Below are positions 54,176-64,000 of a stretch of 64,000 bases of DNA, in pieces (the stretch's first letter is position 1; each line of letters opens with the position of its first letter). The DNA is from Eledone cirrhosa (Eukaryota). A program made the translations under genes and the position numbers. The DNA is taken from the NCBI GenBank assembly GCA_964016885.1, contig OZ024742.1, positions 284,146,001 to 284,210,000 of the forward strand, read 5' to 3'. The notes below the pieces were generated by a model. It was not told where the DNA came from. It saw only the letters and a program-made list of their open reading frames with translations, and searched no databases.

Positions 54176-55515
54176 AAAGACTCATTTTAAAGAGTAGGTG
54201 GTGACATGTTGTGTATACAATTGAGAAGGTAAGAACCCAATACAGGGTTATAGAGTTTAAACTTTATCCACAACTGATTTGCTAGTTAAAATTCCTAATT
54301 TCTGAAAGTCGGTGTATCTATCTTCCATTGAACCAACATCAGCACCACTGGGTCCACATTTCACAGAAACCAACAGAAACAACCTAGACATTTAATTTGC
54401 ACCTTACCTGTTAGCTACATCATTGTCCATGCTCACTGCTTGGCTACAGGACAGAAGAACGGGTTTAATTACCAATTCAAGGTCACCTTGAAAACCAGCA
54501 GCCTGTGTCATAACAAGTATTCATAGCGCACGGAGGCAAGGATTCTCAGCGCTTGAGGGTAAAAATATATTTAGCATCCCCATTTTAATTTCCAGATTTG
54601 ATAGGGCAGAGAAAATTTTGCTTCCCTCCATACATGTACCCAGAACTGAATACCCCTCCCTGCTCTTGCTATGTGTCTTGGCAGAAATATCTACCCTTTT
54701 AAAAAAAAATAGAGATCTTTCTGCTTGCTAGTAATACTCAACACTATATACAATACACAAAACCACACCAAATATTTACACTCTGTCTACAACCAAAGCT
54801 ACATATTAAGGACTGGAATGTATAGTGACCAAAATAGCAACACACAAAAATGAAGATGATCATTATCAGCCGGCATGTGTTTATGTATGCAATCCCACAT
54901 GTGTTTTGTGTGCAACCCACATGTGTTTTGTGTGCAAGCATGCATGTGTTTATGTATGTGTACAAACATGCATGTGTTTACATATGTGTGCAAGCCCACG
55001 TGTTTGTGTATGTGTGCAAGCCTGTCTGTGTTTTTATGTGTGCAAACCTGCATTTGTTTGTGTTTATGTGTGTAAGCCAGCATTTGTTTGTGTTTATGTG
55101 TGCAAGCACTCTGTATATATAAGCCATCTGGAAAAGAAATGAAGACTGCCATTGACAGCCCTGGTGTAGGTGTGTCTAAGTATGTGTGTGTGTACGTATG
55201 TGTGTATGTATATGTGTGTGTGTGTATAGCAAGGTAGAAAGACACAAAGAGGCATAGAAAGAATGACAGACAGATAGAGAGAAATTGAGACAGAAGAAGA
55301 GAGAGAGAAAGAGGGAGATGTAGAGAGAGAGACAGAGGGAGGTAGAGAGAGACAGGGAAGTGTGGAGTTTGTGGGGTTTCACATTATAAAAATATTGTTA
55401 CTGGAGGTTTTGTTATGTTACAGTCCAGGTCGGCATTGATCTGTCACTGGAGAAGATGTGAATGGAAGATATAATACATAAAATGTCGTCTGCCATATTG
55501 CATTAATGAATTGCT

Positions 55516-55559
55516 TCAGATTCGTTTGGTAAACTTCTTGAAGAATTTGAATGGATTCT
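55516..55559 (-). CDS. Host gene, terminal coding exon (K)NPFKFFKKFTKRI*
   Basis: Long polypyrimidine tract and ttttacag acceptor; phase matches the upstream exon; TGA at 55518-55516. Confidence 0.62.
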
Positions 55560-56286
55560 CTGTAAAATAAAACAAAGAGAGACAGAAAGGAAATATGAAT
55601 TACAGTAAAATTATATATCAACATGTGTATTGTTGATGATGATGATGATTAAGGTGATGACAATGATGAGGAGGATGATGTTGACAATGATGAGGAGGAT
55701 AGTGGTGATGATGATGATAATAATGACAACAATGATGATACTGATGATGATGATGTGATTGTGGGTGTACAATTTGGATAGTTATAGTTGTCTCCACTTT
55801 GGGGAGATAACTGCAAGGATAACAGGAAGGAAAAAGCATGCTATGATAAGGACAAAGAGAACTCAGGAATAGCATAAATGTTTTCTCTCTCTCTACATTG
55901 TAGTGCTGATGCCCCAACAAAATGTACCCATGACACTATGTAAAGTAGTAGTGATGGTGCCACAATAAAATACACCTAGTATACTTTCTAAAAGCGGTAG
56001 CACTGGGGCCACAATAATATGTATTCAGCCCACATTTGTAGAGTGGTAGTGCAGGTGCCATGATAAAAAGCACCAAGTCCACCAGGTACATGTGAAGTGA
56101 TGGGCATTCAACTTAGGAACCATGCCAGAATGGAATGTATGAACAAGATGCAATAATCTGACCAGTCTATAGCTTCTGAATGCAACAGCTCATCTAACGC
56201 ATGGAAAATAGACATAAAATGGTGATGATAAATGTTAAAGAGAGTATATGTGTGTGTGCATGAGAGAGAGAAAAAGTCAAACTTAC

Positions 56287-56367
56287 TGAATTTCGATGGA
56301 GTTTTTTGTTTGATGATGACTGGTTTTTCCGCTCCTTTTAACACAACATCTTCATAAAGATTTGTAT
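56287..56367 (-). CDS. Host gene, 81-bp symmetric exon (D)TNLYEDVVLKGAEKPVIIKQKTPSKF
   Basis: tattccag acceptor, a|gtaagt donor, open frame, phase 1-1. Confidence 0.68.
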
Positions 56368-56599
56368 CTGGAATAGATATTTGAAACAGAGTGCGGGATT
56401 AGATTTGGTTGGATATAGTTGGTGGGTGGTGCTCCTACTGTAGTATAGTGCAGTGTTTCCATCCCAACTATAGGTTGAAATAAAGTGATTCCATGTTGAA
56501 AAGGGGAATTGGGATGATGTACTTAGTTTCAATGCTAGAATATTTTACCCTACAATAAAAGAACACAGGACTGATATACGAGGAAAACCGGCTGTGCAT

Positions 56600-57046
56600 A
56601 TAACAACTTCACTAGTTTTGGTGTCACAATAAAATGTATCCAGTACACTCAGTAAACTGGTAGTGCTGGCACCATAATAGAATGCACACAGTACACTCTA
56701 TAAAGTGGTAGTGCTGGTGCCACAATAAAATGCATCCAGTTCACCCTTTAAAATGGTGGTACTGGTGCTGCTATATAATGCACCCATACACTCTTTAAAA
56801 TGGCAGTGCTGATACCATGATAAAATGGAACCAGTACACTCTGTAAAATGGTAGTGATGTGTTATGATAAGTACCCAGTAAGGTGGTTGGCATCAGAGAG
56901 GGCATCCAGCTGTTGAAACCGTGCCAAGTATGAAGTGTTTGAGCAAAGTGAAGTCACTCCAACCTGTCTAGTCATAGACTGTGACAACTCGTCCAACTTA
57001 TGCCAGCATGGAAAACGGAAGTACAATGATGATCATGATGATGACG
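56600..57046 (+). mobile_element. Degenerate array of ~42-bp modules ending in an RTE-type tail
   Basis: (ggtgccacaataaaatgcacccagtacactctgtaaagtggtagtgct)-like units, then gggcatccagctgt...ggaaaacgga..(gat)n. Confidence 0.75.
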
Positions 57047-58552
57047 ATTATTGGTACATTATTTATCTTGGATGTCGTTTGGAACATAACTTATCAAAGG
57101 TTCTTAATCAAAATTATGATGGAAGATTTATAGATAAATAACATTTTAAATCCTTTTGATATCAACCTGGCCAAAACTGGATTTGTTTCTTTGAAACAAG
57201 AACACCTACTTTAAAGAGATCTTATTTAAATTAAAACCTTCCAACATAAATTTATATAAGAACCATATGTTAAGTTACTATCTTGGTAATGAAATAATTA
57301 ATAATTTAAGGGTTCATCTACAACGAAATAAGTTTAGGAACCATGTCATTATGTAAACAGTAAATTATAAAGCCACTATAACTTAAAAGAGTTACCGCCC
57401 TCTATTCCTTAAAAAAAAAAGTTATCTTCAAGGAAGATAACTCTTAATTCGGAATTGTACTTATTTGACAAACGATTTCAGATGAGTTCATATGTTCGAA
57501 AGGCCATTTTAGTCATTTCAGACACAATAACTGTTATGTTCATCTTCATTTATTTCTTGATGTGGCTAACTAGTACCACTATTTAATTAACCAGTGTTAT
57601 GTAACTAACCTGTGTTATATAATTAACTAGTACTATGCAAATAACAAATAATTGTTTCTACTTTTTGGCACAAGGCCAGCAATTACCCAGTGCATTACTG
57701 GTACTTTATTTTATCGACCCCATAAGGATGAAAGGCAAAGTCAACCTCAGCGAGATTTGAACTCAGATCGTAAAGGGACGTAACTACGCTGGAAAGCATG
57801 TCCGACCCTTTACCGATACTGCCAATTCACCGCCCTTGCAAATAACAAATAATACTACTATACAAGTACCAGTCCAGGGTGGTGGATTAGAGGAATTGTT
57901 AATGTATCTGAAGAGATAACTTGTGATAATTGTTCCAAAATTTTACGTTTGTTTTAAATTCAAATCCTGCTGTGGTTTATTTGGGTGGTTGTCTTTATAT
58001 ACATTGCCTAGTTTAACACCGCCACCTGCCCCTTAGGTGTTTTAAGCAGAATCCTCTCAGTTGCAAGCATTTTAACTGAGTTCTCCAGTTTGAGAATTCC
58101 ATTCTAGTTTTCACCAATATCAGGGGGCTTGAAAAATATTATGGGTACTATTCTTCTCTCCCTAACTAAACAGTAAATAAACAACATACACACATCCTAC
58201 CATTCACTTACACATACACACACTCTCTTTCTAAAGGTGAACACCTTAAACCCTTTCATTATCATATTGTTAATGAAAGACACCGCCTACAAATTTTCAA
58301 ATAATTTTTTAAATAGTCAAGAATTTACAAATAAAACTTGTATTAAGCTTGTATTTGGAACAGAACTTAATATAGGTTCTTAAATAAAATGTTGATGATA
58401 GGTTTTTAGATAAATATAAATATTTTAAAGTAAACAGTTTTGTATCATTGAAACGGGTATTTTCAGGTGGTTTGGAGCCAAAAATGGTTAAATGACATAA
58501 AACAAAAGAACAGAAGAATATTGTAGGTTATAGCAGCAATTTGAGTACATAC

Positions 58553-59026
58553 CTGTGTCAGAAGATTGGCTAGGCAGGGTATGCCTTGTGTAAACATTTG
58601 GCAGTGGCGTAGCTCTATTGGTTAGGGAAGGATAGAACACTTTCTTTGCAGCAGGAGTTATAGTTGAAGCTGCAGCTTGAGTTGAGATTGGATCTGCAGC
58701 TGGAGTTGAGATTGGATCTGCAGCTGGAGTTGAGATTGGATCTGCAGCTGGAGTTGAGATTGGATCTGCAGCTGGAGTTGAGATTGGATCTGCAGCTGGA
58801 GTTGAGATTGAATCTACAGCTGGAGTTGAGATTGAATCTACAGCTGGAGTTGAGATTGAATCTACAGCTGGAGTTGAGATTGAATCTACAGCTGGAGTTG
58901 AGATTGAATCTACAGCTGGAGTTGAAGTTGGATCTGCAGCTGAGGTTGAGGTTGAATCTGCAGCTGAGGTTGAGGTTGGATCTGCAGTTATCCAGTGAGG
59001 CTTGACGTTTTCATATATGTTATATT
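58553..59026 (-). CDS. Host gene, 474-bp symmetric exon encoding YNIYENVK, an S/T/P/A-rich 8-aa repeat and ...TLPSQSSDT
   Basis: tttttcttatttag acceptor, cag|gtatgt donor, no stop in frame, length divisible by 3, phase 1-1. Confidence 0.75.
58670..58987. repeat. 24-bp coding minisatellite, about 13 units
   Basis: (ctgcagctggagttgagattggat)n with block-wise variants; reads ADPISTPA/VDSISTPA on the minus strand. Confidence 0.95.
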
Positions 59027-60617
59027 CTAAATAAGAAAAAATAAACCAGACATACAGTATGAAGTAAACGGATCAAAAGTTTTGGAAGCAACACCATAGA
59101 GCAGTGTTTCTCAAAGTGGGTTCCAAGGAAAGGCAAGTTTCCACGAAAAAATTCTAGAGTTCTGTGAGATAAAGTATCCCTTAACAAAATTCAATTAAAA
59201 TTTGTATTTTAAATGAATACCTTCGCTAAATTCTTTTAATTATGGTGTATCCAGTTTAGAATATGTACATTATTTCCCTGCATATTGTAAGAGGCAACTA
59301 AAAGGGTTGGCATTATTTCTGGACAACATGCTTTGCAGCATATAGTTATAGCCTTTTACATTCTGAGATCAAATTCCACTGAGGTTAGCATTGGCTTTCA
59401 TCCTTATGGTGTCAATAAAATAAAGCACCAGTAATGTACTGCAGTCAATTTAATTGACTTTCCCCTCCTACAAAATCGTTGGCCTTGTGCCTAAATCAGA
59501 AACTACTAATTCCGTACATCCAGTTTAGAATAGGTACGCCATTTCTCTGTGTCAAAAGGGGCTGATGCAAAGAAGAGCATCTGACTGTAAAACAAACCCT
59601 GCTTCAAAAAGAACTCCAAGACTGTTTTTATGGAGAAAATGGCCTCTAAAAACTTGTTGTGTATGGATAAATTCTCCCTCTAAAATAATTGTTTCAGTTA
59701 TTGTTTTAATAAAATTCAAATGGTGGGGATTATCTATAAAATATAGGCATAAATTCTTTGCGCGTTTAACAGCTTATTGACTGTTTGTTAGAAGACAACT
59801 GCCTTGATTTTATGTCCATGAAGAGAACAATAGCAAATATAGCGAACACAAATGGTTCTCAATAAAGAGTAGCCAGTGAACGCTATAAAGTGGTTGGCAC
59901 TAGGAAGGGCATCCAACCAAAGAAACTATGCCACTGTGGTTCTTCCATGTCTCATAGGACAGTAACTCTGATCAAGTGCTAACCTGTCCAGCCCATGACA
60001 GCATAGAAATTAGGCATACAATGATGATGATGGAACCAATACTCAATTTTTGTTCTGGCTTTTTATATTCTGAGTCTGTTTGTAATAACAATGGTGCCAA
60101 GTTGCATCTGTCCTTGCCTTTCCTTTGGACAACCAGGCCTGTGCCATAGAACTATTCATATGTAGATATATGGTGAACTCTGACAGGCAGAGACCTTAAA
60201 ATGAAGAAGAGTGTTACTACCTTTAGTTTAAAAAAGAAACAAAGGTTGAATTCAGTACAATACTATGTGTAGATCCAGGAATAAAACATCTTATGGTAAT
60301 CAGAGATCAAGCCAGAGATCAACAGTATCAATATGACGTTTGAGACAACTGATCTACATACACAAATACACACATACACATGATGGGCTTCATACAGCTT
60401 GCATCTACCAAATTCACTCATTAGTCAGCCAGTTTGCTTCATAAACAGTGAGATAGAATACAAAACTATGTGGTTGTAAAACAAACTTTTTAATCATACA
60501 GCCATGCTGGTGACTACTAATGTAAATTTATATATATATATATATATTGCTCAAATAAGTTTATTCCATTGAGGCAATTATTTATAATTAGTGTATAAAA
60601 ACAATTTATAGCACGCA

Positions 60618-61085
60618 ACCCACACTGTAAAGTGGTCATGTAGGTGTCACAACAAAAAGCACCCAGTATTCACTGTAAGGTGGTCGTGTAGGAGTCATGA
60701 CAAAAAGCACCCAGTATTCACTGTAAGGTGGTCGTGTAGGAGTCATGACAGAAAAAGCACCTGGCCCACACTTTAAAGTGATCGTGTAGGAGTCATGATA
60801 AAAAAAACACCCAGTACACACTGTAATATGGTCATGTAGGTGTCACGACAAAAGCACCAAGCCCTCACTGTAAAGTGGTCATGTAGGAGTCAAGACAAAA
60901 AGCAACCAGCACACACTGTAAATGTGGTTGGTGTTAGGAAGGGCTTCCAACTGTAGTAACCAAGCCATAAACAGTTCTATATGAGCAAGACATGGTCACC
61001 TGACACAACTCGCCTCAAATGGGACAACCTGTCTAACCCATGCTAGCGTGAAAAGTGGACGTTAAACAATAATGACAATGATGAT
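60618..61085 (+). mobile_element. Non-autonomous element of ~47-bp tandem modules plus RTE-type tail
   Basis: About 6 units of cactgtaaagtggtcgtgtaggagtcatgacaaaaagcacccag, then the family A 3' terminus. Confidence 0.82.
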
Positions 61086-62196
61086 ATAAACAAAAAAAAA
61101 AGGAAAAAAGTTAGAGAAAACTCACACATTCAATCACTCATCACAAAAACTTCAAATAACTTTTGAGGCAAGCCAACATGATTGTAACATTAAGACATTG
61201 GAATAACCAGATACCCTCACATCTCAAAAGATGAGGTCAATAGTTGGCAAAATTATAAACTTATTAACAACAATACATCTGAAACAGATATTTATAAAGT
61301 GTATATTTCCACCAATGATTGATAAAGACCATATGATTTTGACCATATGATTGATTGAGTCTTATGTATCCATAAGTCACCGATGAGAAAGTTATTAGAG
61401 CATATGACTAAATGACTTTAAATCCCGCTAAGGTCAACTGTGTATTTCATCCTTTCAAGGTTGATAAAATGAAGTACCAATCCAGAGCAGTGGATTAGTG
61501 GAATTGTCAGAGCATCAGATCAGCTCTTTGAATTCTGAGTCCAAATCACGTTGTGGACTACTTGGATGGTAGACTTCATTTGTTGCCTGGTTTAACAACA
61601 TCATCTGACCTCTGGTTCACTTTATTGTAAGCAATCAAATGAGGTTTCCTGTTTTAGTATACTGTTCTTGCTCCTTTTCTCCCACCAGTTTTGGTAGAAA
61701 TCCTGAAAAGGATGGTGCCCTTCTGACCCTAACTGAAACATTTTTTTTTTACACAAAACAGAAATAATGGCCACATGTAGAGCATACATGAAATAGTTAT
61801 ATATTATGGACAATTTTGTATCATGGACGGTTTCAGGCAGTTTGGTATCAATAGGGTTAACATAATTCTCAGGCCAAAGGTTTCATCAGCTATATGGAAT
61901 CTTTGTTAATCCTTATTTCACAATGAATAATCAGGAGGGGGCAGCTAATTACAACAATGAATAATATAATAGTATTTAACATGGTAATCTTAATGTGGTT
62001 ATAATCCAGTTGTATAATGAGGCAGGTAGTTGGGCATAAATCTATTGCATGTATGTGTGAGAGTGTATGTTGATGTAAATCTATGTGAATGTGCTGTGTT
62101 TTAATAGTATCTGTGTGTGCATGTGTGTGTGTATATATATATATGTGTGTGTGTGTGTGTATGTATATATATATCATCTAGAAATTGATTGACATA

Positions 62197-64000
62197 TATC
62201 ATCATCATCATCGTTTCACGTCCATGTTCCACGCTTGCATGGGTTTGGACGGGGGTTTTCCCACTTGAGGCAAGAGTGGTTGTCTTGCTCGCATAGAACT
62301 GTCTGGCGGGTTTTCTACAGTTGGATGCCCTTCCTAACACCAACCACATTTACAGTGTGGGGCTGGGAGGTTTTTACCGTGTTGCCTACACGGCCACATT
62401 ACAGCGTGGACTGTGTGTTTTTTGTCGTGACCCCTACACGATCTCATTTGTTTCGGCCTGGATGTTGTGGCACCAACATAACTTTACATTGAAGGGGGCA
62501 GTCCAGTGACATTGTCTTGGAGAGGTGTAAGTGTGTGAGGTCGGAATTTATCAGCTCATCCCAGGTTTTTCTGGGTCTGCCTACTCCGTGGCTACCATCT
62601 ATCTTTATTGCCCTGCACTTTGTTATACAGCTGTCGTCTTTCATGCGCATCACGTGACCATACCAACGTAGCCTTCTCTCGAGTAAACAACATCTGATCC
62701 CTCTTATTTCTAATTTTTTCCTTAGTTCGTTTATGCTTTGCTGTTCACGTATATTACTATTACACATCCAGTGGAGCATGCAAGCTTCGTTCCTCTCTAG
62801 TCTGCGTATATCCTCTGCACACAATGCCCAGGTCTCACTGCCATGCAACATTGCTGTTCATATGCAGGCATCATACAACCTGCCTTTCATTTTTAGGGAG
62901 AACCCTTTAGCGGCTAATAGTGGTATAAGCTCTCTGAACTTTTTCCATCCAGTTCTGACTCTAGCTACTGTACTTTCAGAGCACCCTCCCCCACTGCTGA
63001 TTTTGTCACCCAGGTAACGGAAGCTGTCGACTATTTCTATAGAACCCTCTGCGCAATTGAAAGAGCTAGTATTTTGTGGGCACTTGCTGCTACTTATTGC
63101 ACCAGAGCACCGGCCACATGTAAAATCTATGTTCTTAGTTAGCTTACCTGTGATCCCACTACATCTTTTATGCACCCATACTTTGCATTTGGGACATAAA
63201 ATGGAGTTTCTACCTACGCCTTTCCTACACACTGAGCATGGCCATTTCCCGGAAGGGACCGCCGCCTTATTTTCTTTCCTACAAACTAGAACTTTAGTCT
63301 TAGCCAGGTTAATTTTAAGGCCTTTTGATTCTAGGCCGTGCTTCCATGTTTGGAATTTCTTCTCTAGCTCGGTCATTGATTCAGCTATGAGCGTTAGATC
63401 ATCTGCGTATAGGAGTTCCCATGGGCAGCCGGTCTTGAACTCCTCTGTTATAGCCTGAAGGGCAATAATAAATAGTAGGGGGCTAAGAACAGAGCCCTGA
63501 TGGACACCAACTTTTACGCTAAACTCTTCACTATATTCGTTGTTAATTCTAACCTTGCTGACTGTTTCTTTATACATGGCTTGTATAGCTCTCACAAGCC
63601 ATTCGTCAACACCTAGTTTTCTAAGAGCCCACCAGATAATGGAACGGGGGACTCTGTCGAAGGCTTTCTCCAAGTTAACAAAAGCTAAGTATAGGGGTTT
63701 ACTTTTAGCTAGGTACTTCTCCTGTAGTTGTCGTACAATGAAAAGAGCGTCTGTGGTACTTTTGCCTGACACAAACCCGAACTGCATTTCATCTAGATGA
63801 ATTCTCTCTCTGATTAGTTGCGCTATTACTTTTTCCGTGACCTTCATGACCTGGTCGATTAATTTAATGCCTCTATAGTTACTCCTATCTAGGGCATCTC
63901 CTTTACCCTTGTAACAGTTAATGATGATGCTGCTACGCCAGTCCTTCGGAACAACCCCATTCTGTATGACTTGGTTTACTATCCGGGTGACCATGGTGTG
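62197..64000 (-). mobile_element. RTE family A copy running off the window, with a deletion spanning the ORF end
   Basis: RT, PHD and C-terminal motifs; junction at about 62500 joins MSLD directly to mid-3'UTR; tail abuts (TA)n. Confidence 0.94.

Noticed and set aside
54408-54695. Minus-strand exon-like segment with AG and GTAAG boundaries
   Set aside because: Stops in all three frames and downstream of the inferred stop codon; at most UTR or non-coding.
56368-56549. Longer exon using the upstream ttattgtag acceptor
   Set aside because: Introduces stops; the acceptor at 56368 gives a clean 81-bp symmetric exon.
58664-59005. Plus-strand (LQLELRLD)n leucine-rich ORF
   Set aside because: Antisense reading of the 24-bp repeat; splice signals and phase support the minus-strand exon.
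60618-60920. Regularly spaced ~47-bp repeats resembling a CRISPR array (also 56600-56880)
   Set aside because: Units are contiguous tandem modules without unique spacers, in a eukaryotic retroposon context with no cas genes.
61130-61735. Candidate upstream exons (tttcag acceptors near 61278 and 61734)
   Set aside because: No open frame with a convincing phase-1 donor could be established.

Overview
AT-rich, repeat-saturated animal genomic DNA; the SINE/LINE repertoire points to an octopod cephalopod (inference). Most of the window is retroelement-derived. There are about 10 copies of one RTE-clade LINE (APE endonuclease + RT with an internal PHD-type C4HC3 finger, (GAT)n tail), mostly inserted into (TA)n tracts. 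Other elements are further RTE lineages, CR1-group LINE remnants, a decayed Penelope-like RT/GIY-YIG element, a mariner fossil, a piggyBac-type MITE, tRNA-headed SINEs and a 5'-truncated U6 retrocopy. The last three coding exons of a minus-strand host gene lie at 55.5-59.0 kb; they encode an S/T/P/A 8-aa repeat flanked by YENV/YEDV motifs. The most notable signal is at 34.5-48.8 kb: short non-coding islands embedded in (TA)n carry type I hammerhead ribozyme motifs (one fully canonical, one pair with the compensatory U3-A8 core, several with long stem II followed by AATAAA), often in fold-back arrangements. This is consistent with a nest of microsatellite-targeting Penelope-like pLTR or retrozyme-type elements. 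All structures were read by eye; no folding program or database search was run.
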